A DNA stretch of 37,390 nt from the IMG/VR virus record IMGVR_UViG_3300020044_006524, positions 1 to 37,390 of that record. One strand, 5' to 3'. Position numbers and translations under genes: made by a program. A model generated the notes under the pieces. The model did no database searches, was not told the origin of the DNA, and was given only the letters and a program-made list of their open reading frames with translations. The DNA comes from a virus. Lineage: Duplodnaviria > Caudoviricetes. This document shows, piece by piece, positions 25,757-35,192 of this stretch (its first letter is position 1; each line of letters begins with the position of its first letter).

Positions 25757-26401
25757 TTAGCTTTGTCGCGTAGGATTTGCAAGCGCATTCATTTCGAGTC
25801 CGTATGCAAAATCTCCAACGTGAGTTAGAACGATTCGTTGATCTACTAGAACCTTGCCGCCGAGCTTCCGCCAGTTGTCGCAGAACCACCAATCCTCACT
25901 TCTCCACTCGCCGTCGTTATCGCAACCCTCATGCCAGAATTGCCACTCCTCGCCGCCGTGGTTTGTGTAACTAGGCACGAGCGGTTTCATTGCCTCGAAA
26001 ACACTGCGATGCACGCGCATAAAGCCACGTCCTGCACGTTTGACTTCGCATAGCGGTTCCGGCCCTCCGAACGGACTTTCATCGGTCAGCGTGGCCAAGC
26101 ACCATTCAAGCGGAAGAGTCTTTTTCGGATAGATGCCATACACGAGCGGAACGTCGTGCGATAGCAGCATGTCCACGTCAGAACGGTTAAAGCCAATGTC
26201 GCAATCTATGACTAGCATTTCGTCGCAATCGCTGGCGAGGAATGTAGATGTCGCAAGGTTGAGTGCCCTAGTAGGGTAGGGTTGAGACACGCGAGCCATC
26301 GCAAGCCCGCGACCTGTTAGACCATTCAACGCTGAATAAACGTAACGCGCTTTGACAATTCCAGTGCCGTTGTCAATTAGCGGGAGAAAAATCTTGTTCA
26401 T
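25757..26401 (-). CDS. glycosyltransferase (GT-A fold, family 2-like)
   Basis: MLVIDCDI (DxD), GIYPKK, GFMRVHRSVFE, SEDWWFC, LTHVG. Confidence 0.85.
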   Translation of the reverse strand: MNKIFLPLIDNGTGIVKARYVYSALNGLTGRGLAMARVSQPYPTRALNLATSTFLASDCDEMLVIDCDIGFNRSDVDMLLSHDVPLVYGIYPKKTLPLEWCLATLTDESPFGGPEPLCEVKRAGRGFMRVHRSVFEAMKPLVPSYTNHGGEEWQFWHEGCDNDGEWRSEDWWFCDNWRKLGGKVLVDQRIVLTHVGDFAYGLEMNALANPTRQS

Positions 26402-26801
26402 ATTGTGATTCTGGTATCGTTGTGAAGTCTTCTCCGGTCCTTACAAACGTAGGAACGAAGCCAATCGTTTTCATTGCTATCTGTGAAGCTCTTCCAAGAA
26501 TGTCACGCTGAACCCATTCTGGATAATTTGCTTTTAATTCATCGGCAAAAAGGATTCTTCCGATGTAATCCTCGGCGCAATTCGTAACTGTTACCCCATG
26601 CCATTCCTTACCGTTCAATGCACGGGAAAGTAACTCAGGCTCGCTACATGGCGGAAGCTTTCCGTGCGTTTCGTGTGAATGAAAACATTCCAGCGCGGTC
26701 AATCCATCTTTCGCAAGTTGGATTCTTGGAAGTCTGTTTGCATCTTCGCATTTTGAAAAATACTCAAAACGCTCTTTTGCCCTTTGGCTTATCTTAGCCA
26801 T
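26373..26801 (-). CDS. hypothetical protein
   Basis: 142 aa in the operon. Confidence 0.65.
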   Translation of the reverse strand: MAKISQRAKERFEYFSKCEDANRLPRIQLAKDGLTALECFHSHETHGKLPPCSEPELLSRALNGKEWHGVTVTNCAEDYIGRILFADELKANYPEWVQRDILGRASQIAMKTIGFVPTFVRTGEDFTTIPESQYEQDFSPAN

Positions 26802-26803
26802 AG

Positions 26804-27076
26804 TTACAGCTTATCAAACAACCTGCGAAACTCTTCCGGCGTGTAGTCGCCAAAGTGAGTAGCATTCTTCGCAAGGTGCGTTTTGTTCCCGCGAACAGTA
26901 TGCGCCTCAACAATTTTAAGCTTAAACATTTCGCCGGTTGATAGCATCTTGTATGTTCCTTCGTATCCGTCCAGTCCGTCAGATACTTTATCAAGTGCCT
27001 TGCCTTTTAGCTTGTCGTTTTCGGCTTCAAGCTGCGCGAGTTTCCGTTTCAGTGGTTTGATTTCTTTTTCGTCCAT
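26804..27076 (-). CDS. hypothetical protein
   Basis: 90 aa with an N-terminal coiled coil. Confidence 0.7.
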   Translation of the reverse strand: MDEKEIKPLKRKLAQLEAENDKLKGKALDKVSDGLDGYEGTYKMLSTGEMFKLKIVEAHTVRGNKTHLAKNATHFGDYTPEEFRRLFDKL

Positions 27077-27083
27077 GATGTTA

Positions 27084-27112
27084 GCCTTAGTCTAAGCGGT
27101 TGATATAGGCAA
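27084..27112 (-). promoter_or_regulatory. putative leaderless promoter downstream of the capsid terminator
   Basis: TTGCCT-17bp-TAAGGC, 7 nt before ATG. Confidence 0.35.
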
Positions 27113-27114
27113 GC

Positions 27115-27145
27115 GAAAACCCGCACCGTTTCCAGTGCGGGTTTC
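27115..27145 (-). terminator. intrinsic terminator after the major capsid gene
   Basis: AAACCCGCAC-TGGAAACG-GTGCGGG-TTTT. Confidence 0.8.
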
Positions 27146-27175
27146 ACTATGCATCACTCTCCCTATGAAAAGAGA

Positions 27176-28180
27176 TTAAGCCGTGTATCCGGTGGTGATG
27201 AGCGTTCCGGCATTCGCATTTGCTACGTAGGGTGCCTTGCTCGTCTTAGCGCGGACGATATTGCTTTCCGTCTTCTCCTCGCGGTAGGTGTCAACGCCGT
27301 AGCCGTTCTGTGGAGTGTAGGAATCCCAGAAGGCATTGACGCCGACTCCCTCAATCGTGGAAATACCGTCTTCCGTGCCGGTCGCACTGTTACCAGTTGC
27401 ACCGACCCAAACGTAAGTATTTCCCCAAACGCGGGACATAACCGGCGTAGCTCCGTCCGCTGCGCTGTTGTAAGTGCTGCGTCCGATGAGAACCTTTTCA
27501 ATTCCAGCGTCGGCAAATGCCAATTGCAGGTTGCTTTGGTTCACCTCAAATCCGCGTCCAAGTTGCGAAACAACGTAGTTTTTCAACAGCGTCGATTGGC
27601 GAATGCGGTTATAAACCTGCTGGCTGAGAACGATTGTGTTCAGTATTTCTCCCTGATCAACTCCGCGTTCAATTGCCGCGTAAATATCAGCCACGAAGTT
27701 GATGGTGCCTGCGGCTAGATTTGCTGCCGTGTAGTCTGCAACTGCAGCCGTTCCAGCTCCGAAAGTGGAAGCATTCATGATAGCCGCGGCTGTCAAATAC
27801 TCGGTAGTGAGTTCAACGCTTTCCGCTGCGTTCATTGCTGCGAGCGACTCGACGCTGAGGTAATCCGCGTAATCCATCTCGACTTCATCGGGCACTTGCA
27901 CTTCGCGCTTGCGAATGCTGATAGTAAACGTGTCGTCATCAAGCTTCATCGTCATACGTTCAACGTCCGCACCGGGAGCGGTGATGAAGTAGTCGTCAAG
28001 AATGCGCGAAAGTTGCGCGTTGGCAATCTTCGCTTTGACAAGGTGAACCGTGCGCTTGTTTACGGCGAGCGGCGGAAGAATCTGCGAATGAATGTTGAGC
28101 TTATTAGCTCCGCGTCCTTCGCGAATGACTGCGCCCAACTCTTGCCGAGGGCGTGCTGTGGCGTTTGTATATGCTGGCAT
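27176..28180 (-). CDS. major capsid protein
   Basis: 334 aa after the protease and decoration genes, followed by a terminator; LNTIVLS..VYNRIR and YREEK..SNIVRA patterns. Confidence 0.85.
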   Translation of the reverse strand: MPAYTNATARPRQELGAVIREGRGANKLNIHSQILPPLAVNKRTVHLVKAKIANAQLSRILDDYFITAPGADVERMTMKLDDDTFTISIRKREVQVPDEVEMDYADYLSVESLAAMNAAESVELTTEYLTAAAIMNASTFGAGTAAVADYTAANLAAGTINFVADIYAAIERGVDQGEILNTIVLSQQVYNRIRQSTLLKNYVVSQLGRGFEVNQSNLQLAFADAGIEKVLIGRSTYNSAADGATPVMSRVWGNTYVWVGATGNSATGTEDGISTIEGVGVNAFWDSYTPQNGYGVDTYREEKTESNIVRAKTSKAPYVANANAGTLITTGYTA

Positions 28181-28199
28181 GTTAGTGTGTAGTTATGAG

Positions 28200-28574
28200 T
28201 TAGGCGACGGAAGCGAGTTCGATAACGCCGAGCGCACCGTTCGCAGTGGTTTGCAGCCATTTGCCCATGAGGACCGCATTGGTTGATGTTACACCCGTAA
28301 GTCCGCTCGCCATCGAGTAGGCAGCGTCACCACGGTCACAGCTTGCTTCGCCTGCGAGAACCGGAACGGAACCGCCAGCGGGAATGACGCAGGCTACTCC
28401 GGTGCCGGAAGCTGCGATGTCTTGAAGGACGATGTAGTCACCACGAACGCCGATAGCGGACGCGGATACTAGACCGTTTGCTTGAAGCGTGACACGTGTG
28501 CCACGCGAGATTGCCACAGCGGTTGCCGTGACAGTTTTCTGAATTGAAATCAGATTTGTTGCTACTGTTGCCAT
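28200..28574 (-). CDS. head decoration protein (DUF2190-like)
   Basis: 124 aa, A/G/V/T-rich, directly upstream of the MCP. Confidence 0.7.
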   Translation of the reverse strand: MATVATNLISIQKTVTATAVAISRGTRVTLQANGLVSASAIGVRGDYIVLQDIAASGTGVACVIPAGGSVPVLAGEASCDRGDAAYSMASGLTGVTSTNAVLMGKWLQTTANGALGVIELASVA

Positions 28575-28602
28575 ATTATTTGTTAGTTGTTGTGGTTACG
28601 TG

Positions 28603-29574
28603 TTAAAGTTTACCGGAAGCGCGGAAAGCGTTATAGACTTCCGGCTTATCCTTCGCGAGTTTGAGAATCGCTTGTGGCTTGCTGATGCCCGAATAAGCGG
28701 CGAGTGCCTTCTCGACTTCATCGGTTTTGTCATCGCCCGCAGGAATCGCAAACTTCCCGCTGCCGAGTGCTTTGGTGAATTGAGCCTCTGCAAGTTTGAC
28801 GGTTTCGTCCTTGCTAGCTGCGAGCGCGGCCTGCGTCAGTCGGCTTGTAGCGCGGGCGATACGAAGCGCGGCACGCATCGCTGCGGGCTTTCCTTCATCT
28901 TCCGGCTTTTTGTCAGCTTCGGTCACGCCTGCTTCCGATTCTGCGGCTGCGGCCATTTCGACTTCGGCTTCTACTTCGGGTTTCACGGCTGCGGCGGCGA
29001 TTGCTTCGGCAATCATCGGCGTAACCAATGCTTTGATTTCGTCTTCGGTCATAGTTTTAGTTGGTTGTATTTCTGAAAGCTTTGCGAGAAGTGCGGTTGT
29101 GCTTGCTCCGACTTCCACAAAATCAGCGGCATGGACACGCTTTGCAATCGCGTCAGTTTCGCCGCCTTCGTAATCGAATACCGTGGAAATCATCATCCCC
29201 TGAGGGTCATATTCAGCAGCGTGCAAAATAGCTTCGCGCTTGTCCGTTGGCCATAGGTGAGCATCGGCAATAAGGTGCCCAGCTTCATTAAGCTTGAATC
29301 CTCGGAAAGTTGCTACCTTGCTAGTCAATCCGTCTTTTCCTGACTCAATCCAATCATGCGTCCAATGAGCCGTTGTCTGCCCCTCGGAAGTGAACAACGC
29401 CATAAGGCTTGCAATCAGCGCGGGCGTCATTAGCAGCTTCTTGGCTTTCCCGTCAGTGCCTTTGAACACTGCAAGCTTGCCATTTTCCGCAAGGATACAA
29501 TCGCGAACAATTCCTTTTTCGCGGTCCACATTCGACTCCTTTGGGAGTTCTAAGCTAAGTGCGGCGGTTGCCAT
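28603..29574 (-). CDS. prohead protease / scaffold fusion
   Basis: VDREKGIV, HWTH, LIADAHL, MIST, AADFVE protease-like N-half; A/E/K-rich helical C-half. Confidence 0.75.
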   Translation of the reverse strand: MATAALSLELPKESNVDREKGIVRDCILAENGKLAVFKGTDGKAKKLLMTPALIASLMALFTSEGQTTAHWTHDWIESGKDGLTSKVATFRGFKLNEAGHLIADAHLWPTDKREAILHAAEYDPQGMMISTVFDYEGGETDAIAKRVHAADFVEVGASTTALLAKLSEIQPTKTMTEDEIKALVTPMIAEAIAAAAVKPEVEAEVEMAAAAESEAGVTEADKKPEDEGKPAAMRAALRIARATSRLTQAALAASKDETVKLAEAQFTKALGSGKFAIPAGDDKTDEVEKALAAYSGISKPQAILKLAKDKPEVYNAFRASGKL

Positions 29575-29583
29575 CTTTCGCGC

Positions 29584-29633
29584 CTTTTCTCACTTTTGAG
29601 ATAGCTAGTCAATACTTTTTCGCAGATTTGATA
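29584..29633 (-). promoter_or_regulatory. capsid-operon promoter region with two palindromic operators
   Basis: -35 TTGACT (29612-29607); TCTCA-CTTT-TGAGA at 29588 and TCGCA-GATT-TGATA at 29620. Confidence 0.55.
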
Positions 29634-29700
29634 TAAAAATCTTTCTGCTAGGCTGAGTATAGCTTGCTATGCTGCGAGATGAAATGGCAAGATTACAGGA

Positions 29701-30231
29701 ATGAGCGAACAAAACGAACTTGCATTAAGCGGAGCACCATCAACGCTAAAATATTTACAGAATAGCGTATCGAGAGCACAGAAGCGACTTGATGAAGCGC
29801 ACGCAAATTTAGAGCAAGCGTTACTCAATCAGCGCGACAAGCCGGACGAGTTAGACGGCGAGGATTTCGAGATTGCGATTGCACGCGCAAGGGCTGAGTT
29901 CAACGACGCGGAACTTTCATACCTTCGCCAGTCCAAGTCTCAACTTGAGTATGACAAGAACGTTGACACAAACCGCCGTGACGTTTCGGAGAGTATCACA
30001 AAAGCAGACGCAGAGCGGTTTTTCTTCTCGTTTGCAATTTGCATGCGCGGGGCAGTTGAGCAAATAGCAACGCGACAGGCTCAAGAGGCGATAGAGTGCA
30101 AGTCTCCGGAAGATATGTTCAAGCTTGTCTCTCCGTTGCTTCGCGAGTGCTTTTCATCTGCGCTCAAATCTGCCGCTGACGAATGCCAAGTGCCGCCTTG
30201 GGTAAAGGCTGCAATCGAAAATGCTTTATGA
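29701..30231 (+). CDS. terminase small subunit (putative)
   Basis: 176 aa helical protein upstream of terL, resembling the coiled part of Nu1-like proteins. Confidence 0.5.
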   Translation: MSEQNELALSGAPSTLKYLQNSVSRAQKRLDEAHANLEQALLNQRDKPDELDGEDFEIAIARARAEFNDAELSYLRQSKSQLEYDKNVDTNRRDVSESITKADAERFFFSFAICMRGAVEQIATRQAQEAIECKSPEDMFKLVSPLLRECFSSALKSAADECQVPPWVKAAIENAL

Positions 30232-30497
30232 AAACCAAACCAAACCACACCACATCAACAAAACCACAAGAAGATTTTTTCCCGCTAGAGGTCGGAGAAA
30301 TAATCAGACTTAAAGAAGGCGAAACATTCCGAGTATGGAGGGTAAAGGGAGTGCATTATTCGGGAATGGGGACTCAGGATTTAGTTACACTTGAGGCATT
30401 GGACATGTATAACGGAACCGCATTCGGCTATGTCATATTGGAAACTCAAGTCCCGATTGTTTTCCTAAAGAACATTCCGCACCTCGGAAGGTTGTGA
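30228..30497 (+). CDS. hypothetical protein
   Basis: Start MKTKPNH at 30228 by ATGA overlap. Confidence 0.6.
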   Translation: MKTKPNHTTSTKPQEDFFPLEVGEIIRLKEGETFRVWRVKGVHYSGMGTQDLVTLEALDMYNGTAFGYVILETQVPIVFLKNIPHLGRL

Positions 30498-32239
30498 TAA
30501 CTAACGCACTAGAATACGCCGCTAAACATATATACTTTTGGGCTTCTAGCCCGATTAGCGGGAAATTCGATGCGAAGAAATATCCATTTATCCGCAAGCC
30601 GTTGCTGTCGCTTGACGACATCGATATAAAAGAAACCGTTGTCTATGGACCCGCGCAGAGCTTCAAGTCAGTCTTCCTTCAAATCGCCACCGCATACCGC
30701 TTAGCCATCGCGCAAAACACAGTTCTAGCCGTTGCTCAATCCGATGACTTGGCCGAGGAGTTTGCGAAGGTGAAGCTCAATCCTTTTCTCGAAAGGTTGC
30801 CGCATTTATTCGATACGCAAGTTGTGAAGCACACAATCGGCCTTTGGCGTTGGCCGAATCATGAGTTGATTATCTGCGGTCCATCGGAAAATCAGCAGCA
30901 ATCGAAATCATGCCGCTTTCTACATACCGATGAGGGACACTTGTATAAATACGGTGCGCTTGCTGCGTTGACTGACCGCATGGGGCAACGCTGGAATCGC
31001 CACGGGTTACACACCACAACGGCGGCAGACGCAGGAACGGAGATTGATACAAAGTTTCACCAAGGCGATAAGAGCGAGTGGCATATCCGGTGCTTGCATT
31101 GCAACGCGCTATTTCAGCCGCTCTGGGAAGACGAATCGCGCCGAGTTTACAACGGGCATAGGGTTTTCCAATGGCTCGACAACGGAAGCGAAACTGAAAC
31201 GCTAAACAGCATTCGATTTGTCTGTCCGCATTGCGACAAGCCGATTCAGAACGTCCCGAGAAACCGCGTTGAGATGGACGACGGCGCGGACTACATCGCA
31301 GGGAATCCGACCGCTGACAAGTCAACGCGCTCGTTCCGCTGGAATGCCTTTGCGTCACGCTTCAAGCCGCTGAGGGACTTGCTTTCCATCTATCTCAAAG
31401 CGATTGAGTCCGCGAAGCTTGGAGACTTTGCGCCTTATGAGAACTGGGTCAAAAAGCAGGAGGTGAGAACTTGGACGGGAGAAATTCCGCAAGTCGGAAC
31501 TGTCGCAATCAATCGCGACCATGAGCTTTCGCAAATTGAGGTTGTGCAGTCTGATTTGGTTCTTGGTTCTTGCGACGTGCAAAGCGAGGGCGGTTTTCAC
31601 ATATGGGCATTGGCTGACGTTTGGCATCCGAACGGAGATTCAAAGCGCATCGCGTATGACAAGCTTTCCAGCTTTGACGATTTACGCGCTTGGCAGCTTC
31701 GCCACGGCATTAAAGACTTCACTCCGGGTAAAGACCGCCACCCGTTTCTCTGCATTGACCACGGGCATCTTGAGCCTGACGTATTCGCCGCCTGCGCTCG
31801 CTGGAATTGGCTCGCAATCAAATCGACGGACGAGGATTCATTCTCGCACGTAATCAAGCGCAGGAATCTTCCAGACATGATTATTGAAAAGCCGTGGTCT
31901 GTTGTCCGCGCAGGCAATCCGCTAATCGGAAAAGCAGGAGCGCAACACGCCAAGCTCTGCGCGTCTCGCCTTTGGAGTAAGCCGAGAATGTATCAGCTTT
32001 TCTACCGACTAAAGCAGAACGAAACCGGACGGAAATACAGCATTGCAACAGACTTTTCGCCGGTGTTTGTTGATCAAGTCCACTCCTATATTCCAGCGGC
32101 AGCAATCGACAAAAAGACCGGAAGCACGTCGAAAACCTATTGGCGGAAGGTAAAGAAAGACGATCACGCTTTTATCTGCGGGACTCAATCGCTGATGCTT
32201 GCTATCATTCACGGAACATACTCTGTCCCTGACTTGTAA
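30494..32239 (+). CDS. terL: terminase large subunit, lambda GpA family
   Basis: KYPFIRKPL, Walker A GPAQSFKS, LHTDE, CLHC...CPHC zinc motif, GSCDVQ, CIDHG, DDHAF. Confidence 0.92.
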   Translation: MITNALEYAAKHIYFWASSPISGKFDAKKYPFIRKPLLSLDDIDIKETVVYGPAQSFKSVFLQIATAYRLAIAQNTVLAVAQSDDLAEEFAKVKLNPFLERLPHLFDTQVVKHTIGLWRWPNHELIICGPSENQQQSKSCRFLHTDEGHLYKYGALAALTDRMGQRWNRHGLHTTTAADAGTEIDTKFHQGDKSEWHIRCLHCNALFQPLWEDESRRVYNGHRVFQWLDNGSETETLNSIRFVCPHCDKPIQNVPRNRVEMDDGADYIAGNPTADKSTRSFRWNAFASRFKPLRDLLSIYLKAIESAKLGDFAPYENWVKKQEVRTWTGEIPQVGTVAINRDHELSQIEVVQSDLVLGSCDVQSEGGFHIWALADVWHPNGDSKRIAYDKLSSFDDLRAWQLRHGIKDFTPGKDRHPFLCIDHGHLEPDVFAACARWNWLAIKSTDEDSFSHVIKRRNLPDMIIEKPWSVVRAGNPLIGKAGAQHAKLCASRLWSKPRMYQLFYRLKQNETGRKYSIATDFSPVFVDQVHSYIPAAAIDKKTGSTSKTYWRKVKKDDHAFICGTQSLMLAIIHGTYSVPDL

Positions 32240-32281
32240 AAATAGGCTTGCGCTCATTCTCAATTTTGATACTTTGACATT

Positions 32282-32399
32282 GCCGAAGTAGAACGCGGAG
32301 AGATTCCGGCGGCGGGGCGGTTTATGTTCTTCCGTCCTTTCATTATCATCGGCCTGTTGGGGCGGCATCGGTTTCTGTTTCCGGTGCCGCTCTTTTCTC
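32282..32399 (+). ncRNA. putative stand-alone small RNA
   Basis: Own promoter (TTGCGC-16bp-TACTTT with TG), GCCGA/TCGGC-closed three-way junction, terminator GGGCGGCATCGG/CCGGTGCCGCTC-TTTTCT. Confidence 0.55.
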
Positions 32400-32432
32400 A
32401 TTATTGACATTCTCGAAAATGATAGGCAAAGT
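32396..32432 (+). promoter_or_regulatory. leaderless promoter for adaptor/portal overlapped by two operators
   Basis: TTGACA-17bp-CAAAGT, 6 nt before ATG; TCTCA-TTAT-TGACA and TCTCG-AAAA-TGATA. Confidence 0.55.
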
Positions 32433-32438
32433 ATCGCT

Positions 32439-32708
32439 ATGCCTAGCCCAACGCGCATTTTTAAAGGTCTAACACTGGAAGAACTTAACACGCTCAAAGC
32501 GACGGCCCTTTTGCGCATTGCAAACGGAGACTTCACCGCGCTCGCTGGCAACGGGCATTCAACCTCCAAGCAATACGCCATGAGGCCACAGGATATTCTC
32601 GACGAGGTAAACGCAGAGATTGAAGTGCTAACCGGAAACCCTCGCGTCACTCGCACAACTCAGGACTTCTCACGACTTAGGGTCAACAATACTACCGTAA
32701 ATGGCTAA
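32439..32708 (+). CDS. head-tail adaptor (gpW-like)
   Basis: 89 aa helix-hairpin-helix pattern between terL and portal, as in lambda. Confidence 0.65.
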   Translation: MPSPTRIFKGLTLEELNTLKATALLRIANGDFTALAGNGHSTSKQYAMRPQDILDEVNAEIEVLTGNPRVTRTTQDFSRLRVNNTTVNG

Positions 32709-34220
32709 CATCATCCAACGTGCAGCCCTAGCGGTTGCCAAGCTTGCCGGATATAACGCGGCACTTCCAAACAAGGTTCAAGCTCCCTCAACGCGCATCG
32801 GGACTAACCCTAATTCCAGCTACTCTCAACAGCAAAGGCTAAGGCTTTCGATTGAAGGCGAGAACGCTGTGAAGAATACGCCTTTCGGTGTAAATTACAT
32901 CTACACCCGCCGCGCCTATTGCTCAGGTCAGATTGCTTGGAATCCCGACACCGGAGATGCCGCGCTTGATGAGGAAGTTGCCAACGTATGTAACGCTGAA
33001 TGGTCAGACATGGGGATCGAATGCAGTATGCAAGATGCGTTCTCCCGAGTCGCTGACGTTTATTTGCCAGTGTCCGGAGATTCTGCGCTGCAATGGTATC
33101 GTGACTTGGACCGCTTGCGTTTGCTGGAAATCACAGCGGATCGGATTGGCGAGCAATTCGCGCTTTCCAATGTGATGCCGACAACTGCGGAGATTGACGG
33201 TGTGAAAGTTGACGGGATTATATTGCCGGAACTCTTTGGACGGGGCCGAAAATCACGGGATACAAAATCTATCAAAGGAACGGAGATGCAAGCTACGTAA
33301 ATCCCGATTGGATTCCTGCGCGTAACATCATCTTTTTCAAGGACGATATCACCGGAGGCGTTCGCGGTGTGTCTAAGTTTGCCGCTGCTTTGGAGGACGT
33401 AAACTCCCGTTATCAGATTCTAAAAAGCACGAAAGATACGATGCAAATGCAATCAAAGATTGCAGCCATCGCGTCAAATAACTCCGGCTCCCCGAGTGAG
33501 TATGATTTTCAGACCGTGCAAGGCACTGACGGCACGATTGATTACGTGGAATCGTTCGCTGACGGTGCCGTTGTAAAATACCAGTTCAACGGCGATTCGT
33601 ATCAGGTTCTAAAGTCTGAAACCCCTTCCGACTCGTTTCTTTCGGGACTGAAATACGTTGACGCGCAGGCATCGCTTGCAATGGGAATGTCTCCGGCTTT
33701 CCTCATTGGTTCATCCGACTTCGGCGGAGCATCCGTCCGACTGGAAATCGAAAAGGCGAGCCGCGAGATCACGCGCATTCGTGAGCACGTCCACCGCCCG
33801 AGGCTGAACAAAATCGCATACGTGACGATCATGGACCTAGTAGCCCGCGGGAAACTACCGGCTAAGGCAAACATCACACGCGGCTCTTGGCACTTCGGGA
33901 CGCTGCCAACGGCTGACGCTTTCCGAGATGCTAAGGGGGATATTGATTCGATTCGCGCAGGAACCACAACACGCGGAAGAGTAATCGCGGCAAATAGCGG
34001 GGATACGTTCCCTAGAACGCTACGCCAAACAACGCAGGAAACGGTTGCGATTCATAAAGCGGTCCAAGATGCTAATCGCGAGCTTGAGCGGTCTATTTCT
34101 CCAATCGACGGCAAGCCATATCAGCCAACTGCAAGCATTGTGGACATTGCGCTTTCAACCGATAACCCTCCACAGGCTCCTACCACTCCCGCCGCTTCCT
34201 CCGCGCCTGCATCCGCTTAA
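32701..34220 (+). CDS. portal protein, lambda family, interrupted by a -1 frameshift after 33212
   Basis: N-part LAGYNAA..RLRL...KNTPF, GDS, LLEITADRI; alternative frame from 33219 YIAG..ITGYKIY..WIPARNIIFF..VRGVSKFA runs into 33369..34220. Confidence 0.85.
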
Positions 34221-34311
34221 TTTTCGCAAGCTTGATATCGATTTGAGCAATCGCGGATTGTAGCCGTGCTGCATCGTTTGTGAGTTGTTTGATTAGGTCG
34301 GCTTTTGTCAT
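34180..34311 (-). CDS. small basic coiled-coil protein, not in the ORF track
   Basis: MTKADLIKQLTNDAARLQSAIAQIDIKLAKIKRMQARRKRREW; ATGA-coupled; overlaps the portal 3' end. Confidence 0.5.
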   Translation of the reverse strand: MTKADLIKQLTNDAARLQSAIAQIDIKLAKIKRMQARRKRREW

Positions 34312-34529
34312 TTCGCCAGTTCCTCCAACTTAACCGCCATCATTGAGAAATGAGCAGCTTCGCTTGTTCCGCCTAATTTCTCCGACTTGATTGCTTCGCG
34401 CCCGTAATACTCCGCGCAAAGCTTCGAAAGTTCCGCTTGGCTCCATTTGTTGCCCATCGTGCCGTGAATCAGCATCGCGGATACTTGGCTGATGATTGTG
34501 TGTTCCCTCATGTTTTCCTCTGTGCTCAT
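34308..34529 (-). CDS. hypothetical protein
   Basis: 73 aa. Confidence 0.6.
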   Translation of the reverse strand: MSTEENMREHTIISQVSAMLIHGTMGNKWSQAELSKLCAEYYGREAIKSEKLGGTSEAAHFSMMAVKLEELAK

Positions 34530-34533
34530 GGTG

Positions 34534-34749
34534 TTACTTCAAGTTCGGGTAGATGTTTTGTGAGTTAAAAAGCGCGAGCAAATGCGCCTTCTTGGATTGT
34601 GGCGAGTTGCGAACGATAACGCGAGCATAACGTCCGAGTCTTTCGCCGTCTGTTTCTCCGATTACTTCGCGGCTCATTGCTTCAAATCCAAGCGATGCAA
34701 GGATTGCGCTCATTCCGGTGGTGATGCCCTGTTCTGTTTTTGTTTTCAC
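34534..34749 (-). CDS. hypothetical protein (leaderless GTG start)
   Basis: 71 aa; promoter 6 nt upstream. Confidence 0.6.
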   Translation of the reverse strand: MKTKTEQGITTGMSAILASLGFEAMSREVIGETDGERLGRYARVIVRNSPQSKKAHLLALFNSQNIYPNLK

Positions 34750-34755
34750 GCTTTT

Positions 34756-34784
34756 CTTCTACTCCCTCCCCTTCATTCTGTCCA
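34756..34784 (-). promoter_or_regulatory. putative leaderless promoter
   Basis: TGGACA-17bp-TAGAAG with AT-rich upstream sequence. Confidence 0.45.
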
Positions 34785-34958
34785 ACTCTTGTTTCACAAA
34801 TTTACACAATTCATCTGAAAGCCGCATGTATGCTTGATTGCAGGGCGGTGGAAAGTTTGCGAGTCGTGGTTTATTTTGGCGATAGACGGCGGAAAAGTGG
34901 CGTGAAAGAGCAGAAAAGTCTTGCCGGCAACGTGTCAATCAACGACATTGTTTGACGT

Positions 34959-35192
34959 ATGCGAAACTGGAAGATACTCAAATGGGCCAACAGGCCGAAA
35001 CACACACACAAAATCGAATTTACCTGCACGAACTGCTGGGAAGATTCAAATCTCGAGATTGCAGGACTCGTCATGGCTCAAATCGAAGACAGCCTCGTTT
35101 TCGATAGCGACCATTCAAGCCCTGAGCAAATCGAATGCCCGCATTGCCGGAAGCAGCTCGAGCTAGAAAAGGAGGTTGAAAATGTACGGTAA
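34959..35192 (+). CDS. zinc-ribbon protein
   Basis: CTNC...CPHC. Confidence 0.7.
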   Translation: MRNWKILKWANRPKHTHKIEFTCTNCWEDSNLEIAGLVMAQIEDSLVFDSDHSSPEQIECPHCRKQLELEKEVENVR

